A DNA stretch of 64,000 nucleotides, taken from assembly GCF_009914755.1 (NCBI RefSeq), contig NC_060936.1. One strand, given 5' to 3'. Under the pieces are notes generated by a model, which was not told where the DNA came from, did not search any database, and was given only the letters and a program-made list of their open reading frames with translations. Each line of letters opens with the position of its first letter. The stretch's first letter is position 1. This DNA is from the human T2T-CHM13v2.0 reference genome, Homo sapiens. This document shows, piece after piece, positions 13,451 to 27,624 of the stretch. The position numbers were made by a program, and so were the translations under genes.

Positions 13451-14203
13451 GATATGAGCGCATAATCAAAGATGATCAAAAATATAATGAAACACAACAT
13501 GAGTGAGAATAACAAGAAAATCTCAAGTACATCGGATCTCCGAGTTACCACATACAGACCATAAAACAGCCATAGGGAATCACAAAAATTAGAAAACAAC
13601 AAAGCATGATAAAAAATGACCAAATATATTTGAAAAAACTCAAATTTCAGGTTTGAAAAAAATGAAATTTCAGGTATAAAAAAATATAGTGGCTGAAGTT
13701 TAAAAGTAAATTGGTAGAGAAAACTGCAAAGAAGACAGACTTGAAGAGAGACTCAGATGAGTCTAAAAAAATTATCCATATGCCATACAAAGTCATAGGT
13801 AGAGAAAATGTAAAAAGGAAATGAACAGATATGTACTATATAGTAATATATTCACTAATAAAGTTTAACATGAACTTAATTGGAGTTTCAAAGTTAAAGT
13901 ACCACTATTTAACAGAGCAAACTTCTCAACAGCAGCAATGGAAGCCAGAAGACATGGGATAAAATAATCAGAAGTGAGGGGAAATAATTCACAGTTAATA
14001 AATTCTTTTGTTCTGCAGTAAAAATATAATAATTTCAAATTTACAGGCATCTAATGACATAGTCTCAAAACACATGGAGTAAAAACTAATAGAAATGCAA
14101 GGGGAAATTGATAAACATACCATTGTAGTGGAAAATGTCAACAAATCTCTCTCACTTATTGATATGTCAAGAAAATAAAAATATTATTAAATATAGTATT
14201 TAA

Positions 14204-14753
<550 letters not shown>

Positions 14754-15036
14754 GCATGTGGAAATTTAAAAACTCACTTCCAAGTAATTCTAAGAGAAAG
14801 AACTCACAATGGAAAAATTTTTAGTATCTAATATTGAAAAATAATAAAAATATCATTTGTCAAAACTCAGGGAATGCAGCTCCTTTGAAGAAAATTATAC
14901 CACCAATTTTTTTTAAATCGAAAAGTCTGTCAACATAAAACGATAGAGTATAGTAGGATAAGTATAATAAAATAGCAAACAAATCCAGAATCTCAACAAA
15001 CCCAAAACAGACTATATTTAAGAGATGAGTAAAATT

Positions 15037-15482
15037 CAGGTGACCTTGAACAACATGAATTTGAACTGTGCAGGTCCACTTATACACAGATTTTCTTTTA
15101 CCTCTGCCCCCCTTCAGACAGCAAGACCAACCCTCCCTCTTCCTCCTCCTCCTGAATCTACTCAACATGAAGATGATGAGGATGAAGACCTTTATGATGA
15201 TCCAATTCCATTTAATAGAGAGTAAATATATTTTCTTTTCCTTACGATTTTCTTAACATTTTCTTTTCTCTAGCTTATTTTATTGTAAAAATACACTACA
15301 TAATTCACACAACACAGAAAATATATGTTAATTGACTGTCTGTGTTATCAGTAAGGCTTCCAGTCAACAGTAGGCTATTAGTACTTAAGTTTTGAGGGAG
15401 TCAGAAGTTATAAACAAATTTTCAACTGTGCGGGAGGGTAGCACCCCTGACCATCCCCCAAACACTGTTCAAGGGTAAACTG
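15037..15482. mobile_element. Tigger2a/MER28-like DNA transposon
   Basis: TIRs caggtgaccttgaacaac ... tgttcaagggtaaactg|ta; characteristic gaagatgatgaggatgaagacctttatgatgatcca core. Confidence 0.85.
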
Positions 15483-15904
15483 TACATAAAACTCTGGAAA
15501 GATTGAGCTGGATAGAGCTAGAGAAAAGAAGAGAGCCATAGCAAAACATACAAAGAATGAAAAAGGGATACAAAGCTATGAATACAGCAGAAATTTAAAA
15601 GATAGCAAAAGAATATGAACAAATTTATGCCAATAAATTCGAAGATTTCAATATATGGCTAGAAAAATGCACAACAAATTAACTCAAAATGGAAAATTTG
15701 AATGAATTTATAACCATTAAAAAATTGAATCAGTAGTCAAAGTCTTTCCCCAATGTAAATATCATGTCCAGACAGTTTTGCAGACAGGTTTTACCAAACA
15801 TTTATGAACAGATCCTTCTAATGTTACACAAAGAAAAAGGAATATTCTATAGCTCATTTTATGGGACTAGTGTAACCTCAATACTACTGCTTGATAGGAA
15901 CAGT

Positions 15905-16142
15905 GAAAGAAAGAAAGAAAAGAAAAGAGGAAAGAAAAGAAGAAAAGGAAAGAAAAAAGAAAAGAAAGGAGGGACGGAGGGAGGGAAGGAAGGAGGGAAG
16001 GAAGGAGGGAAGGAAGGAGAGAAGGAAGGAGGGAAGGAGGAAGGGAGGGAGGGAGGGAAGGAAGGACAGAAGGAGGGAGGGAGGGAAGGAAGGAGGGAAG
16101 GAAAGAGGAAAGGAAGGAGGGAAGGAAGGAAGGAAGGAAAAA
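15905..16142. repeat. Polypurine (GAAA/GGAA/GGGA) low-complexity tract, 238 nt
   Basis: Only two pyrimidines (C15975, C16067). Confidence 0.97.
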
Positions 16143-17642
16143 TTACAGGCTAATTTCACTGGCAACAGAGATGTAAAATTCTACAGAAAGTATTAGTAAA
16201 CAGAATCTAGCAATGTAAAAACAAATCACCAAGATATTTTAAATCTAGAATGCAAAGTTACTACGGTAGAAGCTCTATTTAAGATTTATGTCATTTAGGT
16301 GAACAGATTAAATAAAAAATAATATAATCTTAATAGATGTGTAAATTACATTTAATTAAAGTCAATAACCATTTGTAGTTTTTAAAAAGTAAACTAGGAA
16401 GAGAATGTGCTCCTCCATAAAGGGTATCTATAAAAGAATGTACAGTAAACATTATGTTCAATAGTGAAATATTAGAACCATTCCCTTTAAAATCAGAAAT
16501 AAGACAGGGATGCCCATTATTACCACTTCTATTTTACCTTGTACTTGAAAATACTACAAACACAGTAAAGCAAGAAAAAAAAGAAATAAAATATCATGTT
16601 CAAGTTTGAACTTATAGCATTACCTGACTTGAAGTGAATGAATATTTTTAACCTTATTAGTAAGTACACATGAATCGGTAGGACTTAACTATTTGCCTGT
16701 GTAGAATTTAGCTTTATCTAAACTGGAATAGGAAGTAAAATGGCAAATAAACATTAAAAAACTCAACCTCATAACTAATTCAGCAAAATGAAAATCACAG
16801 CGGAGATAATATATCAAGTGTACTCAATCATCAAAAGTGGGAAAGTGAGAAAAACACCCATCATAAGGATAGGGAGCTAGAAGAACACTCATACACTAGT
16901 GGAGGGAAAACAACTGGCATTGTCTGGTAGAGGGGAACATACTGCATGTGTTACTCCTATGTAGATATCCCAAAAAATCTCCCAAACATGTGCACCAGGT
17001 GACATACAACAGCTTTCACAGCAGCACTGCTTGTAGTAGCAAATTTTCTTTTAAAACACCAAAACCGGGAAGAGCCCAAATGTCCATCCACAGCTAACTG
17101 GATAAACATGTGCATAAATGTAATAATATATGTTAGAGAAAATGAATGAGTTGCAGTTATACATCAACAAGGATGAACAATGAAAACATGTACAAAATAG
17201 GCTAAATAAATATACCTCATATATTTCTTATGTTTTAGAAATACAGACACATGGTAAAACTACTAAGCAAGGAAAATGTTAAAATAAATTCATGATAGTG
17301 GTTTCCTCTGTTATATAGGGAGGGAGCACATCAACTTCTTACTGGCAATACTCTATTTCTTAAGCTGTACCTTAATATCAACAGAATATGCTACCTCAGG
17401 TGGTACTGAATTTCCAGCTACAGAAGTTTGCTTTGTTTAAAGAAATAATGTCACTCAGGTGAGATATTTAGAGATAGAGAACACATATATCACATAGGGA
17501 ACTGGAGGTGATTATCCCTACAATTATCTTGTAACTCTAAAATTTCATAATTCCATATCCACCATAGTAAACAACACAGTGTGTTACACATAAAAACAAT
17601 AATTACAACAAACACTGACTGAATGCTAATGTTGAAAAACAC

Positions 17643-18140
17643 TGTTGGTTGCTAACCAACATTCTTTCTTATTCTTCCCTGCTAGAAGAATCCAGTTTTG
17701 TTCGGCCATCTATCGTTCTCCCAGGTAATTCAGGGTGGTGTATCCTAGCTTGGGCGACATCTTTTACTTAATCTAAACTAATCCTGTACTCCACTGGTGT
17801 AGAGTTTTAACATCTGGCCCTGTTCTGGCCAAAGAGACATGAAATAAGGTGAGGGATGTCTAGGAAAGGTTTCCTTGCCCCTAAACAGGAGACCCAGAAA
17901 TAGATACTCCTTCTTGATGTTGTCGTGCACAGATGTGATATCTAGAATGCTACTGCCATGATGCCGTCAGGAGAAAGACTGGTTTCAAAACTAAGCCAGC
18001 TGATCCATGATGACAACACTGAGGCAAGGAATTAAAGCTGGAGTCTTACTTCTTGACTTGTTGGTAAGTAATATGTCATTTTATTGTATATATTTTCATG
18101 TTGTTCATATTTTCCCACTGAAGCCATATTAACTGACACA
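17643..18140 (+). mobile_element. Old MaLR solo LTR (MLT1J-like)
   Basis: ttctggccaaagagacatg...aaaggtttccttgc...ending actgacaca. Confidence 0.6.
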
Positions 18141-18330
18141 CTTACCACGTGCATAGGGTTTCCTCATTTAATCTTTACAGCAATTCCAGGAGCTAAGTAC
18201 CAGGATGATGTCCATTTGATAGTCAATAAAAATAAAACTTAGAGAATGAAAATAAGTTGCTCGAAGTCACACATATACCAAGTGGCAAATTCTGGGGTGT
18301 CTGATTCCAAAACCCATGCTAATAACCTAC
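18141..18330 (-). mobile_element. MIR
   Basis: ctcatttaatctttacagcaattc...gtcacac...gtctgattccaaaacccatgct. Confidence 0.7.
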
Positions 18331-19439
18331 ACATTGTCCTTCCTATGATGCACTTTATTACCTGGCATTCAGCAAGCATTCCCACCCCTCACGGTCCCTC
18401 TGTATCACAGAGCTGGTTTCTCAAATTCCCCTATAGCTGAAGTTCTAAATTCAATTCAACTTCTGCCAATGAGATAAACTCATGTGGAACTTAAAAGCCA
18501 AAAGGGAAATAAAGGGCATCTACTTGTGGCTGCGAGGGCCGCAAAGGAAATCCCAGTAGACGTCAGTGTGCAATGAAGCCCACGTTCCAGTATTTTGTCC
18601 CAAACTTCCAAAGCATTTCAGAAGCATTTTGATTAATTATCTCTTGCTCTGTTTTCACGTTTCACTTCACAATATTTTGGGTACTCCAACAAATAACAAA
18701 AGCTAAGGCAGGTAAACCCATCAAAACGGCTTATATGCCTGCAGATTAAAAAACAACTATATAAAACACCAGACAGGCATTTACAAAACTTTTTGTATTA
18801 ACAATTATGATGTTGGTACTAGTGTGCTTTATCTAAGCATGACTACTAAAGCAGTATTTAACATTTTTTAAGTGGTTATAGGTACTTAGTGAAATGTGAA
18901 AACAGCAACTAATTAACACACTAAAAAAGCCAATACAACAGAAGATGACAGTCACTCTTTAGATTTTTGGTATTTTCATACTGGCAATAAAGCATATTGG
19001 TCTTCCATTTAGATACTTTTATATATTATATAAGGATATGCATAATGATAGGAATGAATTACTGCTTGGCAAAAAAATGGCCACAGCAAAAGGGTCCACA
19101 AAAATTCACCTCTCCCTACAGGTCTCAGTTTAGGGTCCACTCCTTTTTTCTCCTTCCACTCCTTCCTATTTTCTTGATTGCTGAATTATAGAATTTACCG
19201 TGGAAATGACAAAGAGTGAAACACTAGATAGATGAGGTAAGAAGTGGTAGAAATTGATAAGAGCTAAACAAAGTGCCAGTTTACGGAGTTAATTGACAAC
19301 TTAGCAAATGAAAATTTTGTGCTCTGTTGCTCAGAACAGAATTTTTCTTTATGAACAATTTTGATTGTAGAGCATGTGGTTATATATCTGACTTAAAAGA
19401 CATCATTGGGAGTATTTCGAAATAGATCTTGAAACGAAC

Positions 19440-19613
19440 CTCAATTGGCTCTTCACCACCTTTCACTTGACTTTCCCCTATTTCTCCATTCTCATAGTTG
19501 CTGCTCTTCTCCACCCATAGCTCAGACTTTTCTACTGTCAGTCGAAGCTGGTCTAGATCTGCCTTGATTTGCTTGTAGTTATCTACGTCTTGATTAGACA
19601 CCAGTAATTGCAC
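19440..19613 (-). CDS. ITPR2: ITPR2 exon L, 174 nt: [13 protein letters not shown]...GEEPIE
   Basis: tag|GTG ... ATT GAG|gttcgt, phase 0-0. Confidence 0.96.
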
Positions 19614-20556
19614 CTAAAACAGAAGAATTTCAATCTTAGTTGAAGTTCACTATTTCTAGAATATTTATGAATATTTTAGATGTATATTGACCATGAAAAC
19701 CTACCTAGAAGTAAGTGTGAACACTTAACCAGTATTTTCACACATTATAATTTTTTTAAGTGAGCCCTAGCAAAACTTTTCAAAGTGATTTAAGATTAAA
19801 AGATACCCTAACTTTAATTTCACTGCTGAAGTTAATTTTTCTGAGACTCTGTTTGAAAAGAGGCAGAAACAAAAACAACTGGGAGAAAATATCAATAGAT
19901 ACAATCTAAACCTCATCATACAAGTTTTTATTTTCTTATAATTTACATGTATTATATGACATATACATATACGTATTTGATGTATAACTACCCTTTTATT
20001 TCATATTCTTTTAACATATTCCTGTAAAACTGCCTAAATGATCAATACCCTATTATGTTAAATAAATAGTGAAACATATGTAAGCACTTACGTATTACTA
20101 ATTAATAATCTCAAGATTGATGTCTTATTCAAAGACCACAAAGAAAAAGATTAGATCCATAACAGTTCGTTTTTTTGGATTTATGCAGTTTTCAATCATA
20201 AAATAATTATTTCAGGGCTATTGGTGCTCCTACCCAAATTCATCAGTAAAATTTAAGGATAAAATAATAGCAGTGGTAACAAAATTCCTAACATGTTATT
20301 ATCTCCCAGTGCCTTCCCAAATCTTGGTGCCTTTCATTTGTTTTAAAGACATTAACTAAAAAATCACTTGTGGGGAATACCTTCTAAATAGATCACGTCC
20401 TGGCATAGACAAGGCCATGTCTCTGTTTAAAAATAGAAAGTGTCTCCAGGAAAAGCCACACAGTGTCATTACCTCTGCAGCCATGAAGTCAGGTTGGATG
20501 TTATTAACACTTTCAGAGCTTTTGCTGTGGATGCATTGAGGGCTCTTCAATCTTAC

Positions 20557-20722
20557 CTGCTTAAATGCCTGTAAAACCTCTGCCCTCTGGCTGAAGTGCT
20601 TAAACAACAGCTGCAGGGCTCCAGACAGCAAAGGCGGGTAGTCGTGCATGATCAGATGAATGAGGACCCGTAAAAACGTCCTGCCTCCTTCATCGTCAAG
20701 TTGAACTGGATTTTTTTCTTTT
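20557..20722 (-). CDS. ITPR2: ITPR2 exon K, 166 nt: [28 protein letters not shown]...QAFKQ
   Basis: tag|A AAA GAA ... AAG CAG|gtaaga, phase 2-0. Confidence 0.96.
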
Positions 20723-20923
20723 CTATAAAACCAAAAACATTTCTAAAGTGACTCCTATTTATATAACATCTACACTTCAGTATTAGAATTGTATACGTAT
20801 TCTCAGAGGTATATCATTTGTTTTACCAAATTAGGAAGTGAACAGGAAAACATTTTCTTTGTTTTCCTCATGTAACTGATGAGGAAACAATCATAAAGAA
20901 AAGCTTGTGTCTGTCCATGAAAG

Positions 20924-20996
20924 CAGGGGTGATCAAACATCCCGGTTTATCCAAGACTCAGGGGTTCCTAGGGAAACTGGGATGAGTTGGTCACCT
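20924..20996. mobile_element. MER81/MER94-like hAT miniature element, internally deleted
   Basis: Imperfect 22-bp terminal inverted repeats ggtgatcaaacatcccggttt / aaactgggatgagttggtcacc. Confidence 0.65.
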
Positions 20997-21443
20997 TGGC
21001 ATAGACAAAAGATGGGCATCTGCATCAATCCAAAAGCATTTATGGGAGGAGCTGTGCTAGGCTGGATGTACACCGATGACTGATTTCCCCTGGGGCCCTA
21101 CAGACCCCTACATGACAGATGGGGAGGAGTGGGGGAGGCCAGCGCACATGTGCGTGAACCAGCACCAGAGTGGCCACAGGTGTGGCGTATGAGGACTCTG
21201 GGTGAGGTTCCACTGGAACAAAAGGTCCATCTGTTTCAAGATGAAATCATATACTGGTTCATTTCTCCTAGGGAATAATGAAATTCTTCAATAGGAAAAT
21301 ACAACACCACAAACTAGTACTATAATATAAAAACTAAACTAAATGTTCACTAGAGATAAAAATCCTCTTTTTGTGCCCCTAATTCTTGATTCTTGTTTGT
21401 CTTTCCAATGACAACAACAAAAACTGCAATAAGATGCTTAGTG

Positions 21444-21967
21444 TAGTCGTCCCCACTACCCTACCCAACTCTATCTGTGGTTTTACTTTTTGTGGTTTCA
21501 GTTGCCCATGGTCAACCATGGTCCTAAAATATGAAATGGAAAACTTCAGAAATAAATAATTCACGAGTTCTAAATTTTGTGTCATCCTGCCTGTCCCATT
21601 TGGGACATGAATCATCCCTTTGCCAGCATCTCCACGCTGTACGTGTTCCCCCATCATTAGTCACTTAGTAGCCGTATCAGTCATCAGGTGACTGCTGCAG
21701 GGTCACAGAGCTTGTTCAGGTAACCCTTACTTTACTTAATAATGGCCCCAAAGTGCAAGAGTGGTGATGCTGGCATATTGTTATAATTGTTTTATTATTA
21801 GTTATGTTGTTAATCTCTTAGTATGCCTAATTTATATATTAAATTTTATCATACGCATGTATATATAGGAAAAAACACAGTGTATACAGGGTTTGGTACT
21901 AGCTGTGGTTTCAGGCATCCACTGGGGGTCTTGGAATGTAACCGTAGCAGATAAGGAAAGACTACTG
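21444..21967. mobile_element. MER44B-like (Tigger7 derivative)
   Basis: tagtcgtcccc...tgtggtttcagttgcccatggtcaacc...ggtttcaggcatccactgggggtcttggaa...gactactg|ta. Confidence 0.8.
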
Positions 21968-22615
21968 TACAGACTGTTTTTAGGGTCTCATGTCAAGTCT
22001 GTAATATAAATGAGCACCAGAAGCTTAATAATTTGTAGCTTAAACATTTTAATTTTTCTTTTTGATCACTATTAACTTCATTTCTGAAGAACAAACAATA
22101 TTAAAACAATAAACGGCAGGATTCCTGATGGCAAAGGAGGCTAGTCATGTCAAAGGTGTCTTGTTTTATTTAATCATGGGTATTTCCAATTGGCAGAAAA
22201 TGGCTTTATTTCTTACATATAAAGTTAATGATAACATTAAAGAAGTTACTTTCTTGCCTCAAATATCTAAGATTCAGGGAAGCAATGTTTTACAAGACTC
22301 AGTGATATTTATACCAGGGGAGTTAAAGGGCATTCTTGGGCTGTCATTATTTGAGGAAAGAAAAGCAAAGAATTCAGAGGAAAGTTCAATACACTGATCT
22401 CATCTCTCTTGTCCTTTTTTTTACCTGACCTAAAGAAAAGCTATGCTTTCTCCTCCAGAGTAAATTAGCAGCTTCATTTCTGGCAGAAATTATGTTAGCA
22501 ACAATAGAGGGTCTAAAAATAAATAGATATAGAGTGAACAATATCAAAGTATCAATAGAATTCTAAGTAAAATGTTATTCACAAGTAAGATAAAGATATA
22601 TAAATGTTACTATAC

Positions 22616-22673
22616 CTTCCCGCAAACATAGTTTCTGCCTGAGCTGCAATTTCATCTATATCAGGAACAATAG
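22616..22673 (-). CDS. ITPR2: ITPR2 exon J, 58 nt: IVPDIDEIAAQAETMFAG(R)
   Basis: cag|CT ATT GTT ... GGA AG|gtatag, phase 1-2; read manually. Confidence 0.94.
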
Positions 22674-22803
22674 CTGCAAAGATAAATGGTAAAATCTCTT
22701 CTTTATCCTATTTTAATTAGGAGCCATAATAGTCATATTAATATCAATTGATGTGAAAATATTTTTGTCTTCATTTCTTTATTCGACCAAAAGTCAATTA
22801 ACA

Positions 22804-23812
22804 CTAATAATCTGATTTTAAAATGGGCAAAAGATCTGAATAGACATTTCTTAAAAGAAAACATACAAATGGCAAACAGGTTTATGAAAAGGTGCTCAAC
22901 ATCACTGATCATCAGAGAAATGCAAATCAAAACTACAATGAGATATCATCTCACCCCAGTTAAAATGACTTTTATCCAACAAACAGGCAATAATAAATGC
23001 TGGTGAGAATTTGGAGACAAGGGAACCCTCATACACTGTTGGTGGGAATGTAAATTAGTACAACTGCTATGGAGAACAGTTTCGAGGTTTCTCAAAAAAA
23101 AAAAAAAACTAAAAATTGAGCTACCATATGATCCAGTAATTCTACTTCTGGGTGTATATGAAAAAGAAAGGAAATTTGTATGTCAAAGAGATATCTGCAT
23201 TTCCATTTTTATGGAGGCACTATTTACAATAGCTAAGATTTGGAATCAACCTAAGTGTCCATCAACAGACAAATGGATAAAGAAGTGTGGTACACAGACA
23301 CAATGGAGTACTATTCAGCCATTAAAAAAAAGAATGAGATCCTGTCATCTGCAACAACATGGATGGAACTGGAGGTCATTATGTTAAATGAAATTAGCCA
23401 GGCACAGAAAGACAAACTTCTCATGTTCTCACTCATTTGTGGAAGCTAAAAATTAAAACAATTGAACTCATGGCGATAGACAGTAGAATAAGAGTTACCA
23501 GAGGCTGGGAAAGGTAGTGGGGTGGGCGGAGTGGGGATGATTAATGGTTACAAAAATATAGTATGACAGAATGAGTAAGATCTAGTATACAGAGTGACTA
23601 TAGTCAATAATAATTTGTTGTACATTTTTTAATAACTAAATGACTATAATTGGATTATTTGTAACACAAAAGATAAATGCTTGAGGTGATGCATACCTCA
23701 TTTATCCTGATATGATTATTACACATTGTATACCTGCATCAAAATACTCCATATACCCCACAAATATATACATCAACTATGTACCCACAAAAATTAAAAA
23801 TTAAAAAAATTT
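22804..23812 (+). mobile_element. L1MA1-3-like 5'-truncated L1 (ORF2 end + 3' UTR)
   Basis: ORF 23255..23449 reads YTDTMEYYSAIKKKNEILSSATTWMELEVIML (L1 ORF2 C-terminus); perfect 13-bp TSD aagtcaattaaca at 22791-22803 and 23813-23825. Confidence 0.92.
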
Positions 23813-24260
23813 AAGTCAATTAACAGTTTGAAAAAAATCACAATATAGTTCCACTAAGACATCAATGTAATTTTTTAATGTAAACTATGTTTTAAACTAA
23901 TGTATTGCTGTAATCAAAAATATGTCTAAAAGATCAGAAAGCACCAGTTACAAAGGTGCCTCTTATCTAGAGAAGTGTGTGTGTATATATAGATCATATA
24001 TACATACATATGCACATACTTACATATAATTTAAATGAGTGATAAATGGGAGGATAATTCTTTAAAGAATCAAAATATACATACAATTAGCCTTGTTATT
24101 ATATGGTTATTTCCAAACACCATGGTCTTTTTACCTAAGCTTACTATTACTAAAATTCCGTCCCTTTTTCTTGTGGGAAAGGGCATTTTTTTTTCTACGT
24201 GAACCAATCATGATTCCTTACTGTCCCACACCACTAACATTTTGAAGATAACTTTACTAA

Positions 24261-24635
<375 letters not shown>

Positions 24636-25639
24636 TAAAAAGAAACACAGTAAGATATAAAAGTGGAAAAATAATTCTCCCCAGAAAGGTATCCCTTACT
24701 GGTACAAAAAAAGGAAAGAGATCAGGTAGAGAGAAAGGGTTTTCTGGGGTGCCCCTAGACTTTCCCTCTGGTACTTTACTGACACTTAAAACTCATGTTT
24801 CCAGAAGCCAGGCCTCTGGGAGTCAATAATTTTTATGCTACTGTCAATGCAACCGCCAGCAAGACTTCCTGGTTCTGCCATATCATTCCTGGAAATAGCC
24901 CTTTGGGGTTCTACACTTCTGAGAAGCAGAAAAACAACACCATTGCAAAGGTGCCAGAAGAGAAGTCTTGCTTAGACAAGCTCAAGTCCTTCTGCAGCGG
25001 CATGCTGCCTTTTGATGGGACTAATGATTCAGACAGCAGGACAGTTGGTCTAGTATCCATTTTAACTACATGCTTGTAATCACTGAATCATTCCTAACTG
25101 ATTGATGGACGAAGAAGAGGGGAGAGTTCCTAATGTCACAGTGGTGGCAGTTAGAAGGAAGTTTCACATCTGTGTACAAATCCTATTCTCACGAAAAGAA
25201 TTCCATTAGCCGGCTAAATCTTCAATAAGACATACTTTTCAGCCTATAATGACTTGGCCTGACCTGTCCAAAAAAAAAAATGGTAATTTAATATTTCTTA
25301 GTTTTTCTAAAGTTCTTTCAATAGTCACAAAATTTTTACAATCATAACTGTGCTCTTTTGTTATGCTCCAGTGCTCAGAGATAAATTAGCTTCATTTTTA
25401 CACTTTTTAAATATGAAAATTGAAATATAGTTCCAGTTTATAACTATACAAAGTAAATTTTTTTAAAAAAAATCCACACACACAAAATGAGACCAACAAC
25501 CACATTCAAGTCTTTGGGGAATGCCACGTCTTTATTCTGGATCAGGCAACGGCTTCTCTTCAAAACACCTATCCTTCTGATAACTACATTTCGCACTGCT
25601 CTTTGATCCAGGCAGAAAAACTTCTCTTGGATTTTCACC

Positions 25640-25830
25640 AAAACATCATGATGCTGAAAAGATTTGGACTCTCGAGCTGGAGAGACCTCAGAGAGAATCC
25701 TTGTGCCACTACTTTCAGGACCTTTGGCAAGTAACTTAACCTTTCTGACCTTGGTTTTCTCCTCTGTAAAATGGCACAGTAAACAGTATGTCCCAGTCCT
25801 GAAGATTACAAAGGAAAAGGCATTCATAGG
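25640..25830 (+). mobile_element. MIR
   Basis: ggcaagtaacttaacctttctgaccttggttttctcctctgtaaaatgg core. Confidence 0.7.
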
Positions 25831-25953
25831 AGTTAGCAACAAACGACAGCAAACACCCTCCACACCATTCTAGGAGAGTTATTTCACAATCTGTCTCAGT
25901 TCTTTGATGTCGTTAGTGGAGATTACATCTACATTTTTGTCTCGTAAAAATAT

Positions 25954-26257
25954 GAGGAAACCATCATTCTCAGCAAACTAACACAGGAACAGAAAACCAA
26001 ACACTGCATGTTCTCATTCATAAGTGGGAGTTCAACAATAAGAACACATGGACACAGGGAGGGGAACATCACACACCAGGGCCTGTCGGTGGGTGGCGGG
26101 CTAGGGGAGTGACAGCATTAGGAGAAATACCAAATGTAGATGACGGGTTGATGGGTGCAGCAAACCAACATGGCACGTGTATACCTATGTAACAAATCTG
26201 CACGTTCTGCACATGTATCCCAGAACTTAAAGTATAATAAAAAAATTTAAAAAGCAC
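25954..26257 (+). mobile_element. L1PA5-7-like 3' end
   Basis: ggaaaccatcattctcagcaaactaacacaggaacag...cccagaacttaaagtataataaaa. Confidence 0.92.
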
Positions 26258-26349
26258 AAAAAATATAATTATGTTTTAAAATATGATAGGTACTTTCAAG
26301 TTCTCAGAAAAATAAAATAAAAAGAGTAAATACTGTCACAAAAAGATAC

Positions 26350-26479
26350 CTGATGGTAGTAAAGTGTCTGGAGATCCACTGGCAGATGTCTCCGCATTGT
26401 CATTGTCCTCTCCAAACTCCTTCTTATATATTGACAGCATATATGAGATCCTATAATCCAGTCTGACACTCAGGATAAA
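26350..26479 (-). CDS. ITPR2: ITPR2 exon I, 130 nt: FILSVRLDYRISYMLSIYKKEFGEDNDNAETSASGSPDTLLPS(A)
   Basis: tag|TTT ATC ... TCA G|gtatct, phase 0-1; read manually. Confidence 0.95.
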
Positions 26480-27624
26480 CTATAAGAAACATTAAGAACA
26501 ACATAAATTTCTTTCATTAGCATAGTATTTAAAAATGCAATTCACAACACACCAATAACAGTGGAAGTACCAACCTTTCAAAGGAACTAGTTAGAAGCTT
26601 TTAACACCAGTTGCCACATGTTTGTCAGCAATGACTAAGCAAGGGAATTCATTTCTACTAGCTAATGTCAGTAAAATCCCAAAGCAATTTTTGGAAAGAA
26701 CATTTGACTCCCTATGACTGCTCTCTGAATATTCCAGCTAGAGGCATCGTGGGGGTCTGGATGAAGAGGTAATGATGACGTCATTTTACTGAACATTTTA
26801 CAGAGTGCCATTGTCTCTGGGAGGAGACTGTTGGAGGTGTGACCCTCATTCTTACACAGTAGGGCAATAATTCAGCTACAATAGTATGACTGTGACTATA
26901 CCATGATCAGTCCTAAAGCCAGGTTCTAAAAGGACAGTTTAAGTAACAGCATCTATACACCATGGATTTTCCTCACTGGTGTTTGTGTTTCCTTGAGTTT
27001 GGGTTGCTGTCATTGTTCTCATTCATGGATGCACGGACAGAAACTAAGTACCTAGCAAGGCTCCAGACTGTGCTAGGTGCCACAGGGAATGCAAACACGT
27101 GAAGCCTACTGCCCTCAAAAAGCCAATAGTCGAGTTGGGAAAAAAATATAGCACTGTTAGCATAATTAGGAAACTATTGAGAGCTAAATCATGTGGTCTA
27201 AATACAACAGAAATCAAAGAAGAAAAAGCTGGGATGTGCTGCAGATCAAAGGAGAGGTTTTTACATAGGTACCATCTGTCCCTGTCTGCCTGAGAGAGGC
27301 CCTGTTTAACCTTTTGTTTCAGCATAATTATTAATGGTGCCCCTACATTCTCAAAAGTGTCGTATTTGGACAGTAAACAATGTGGTCACCCAAGTTTTAG
27401 GAAGATTGGCATTTCATGGTATCATCTAACTTCATCTCTATCTATACCACCTGTGTCCCATCCCTCCCTCCTCCTACGCCCCTTCTCTCATCCTCTCTCC
27501 GGTTCTAACAGCACTGGAGTGCCTGCACTTCCGCTCTTGCCTCCGCACAGGTGCTCACAGTGTCCACTTTACTTTGAATATTCTCCTCCACTTCATAATA
27601 ATTACATTTTAAGATATCCTCTCT

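Noticed and set aside
15764-16196. Overlapping 93-129 aa ORFs rich in K/E/G/R or S/F/L/P
   Set aside because: Translation of the polypurine tract, which cannot contain stop codons; not genes.
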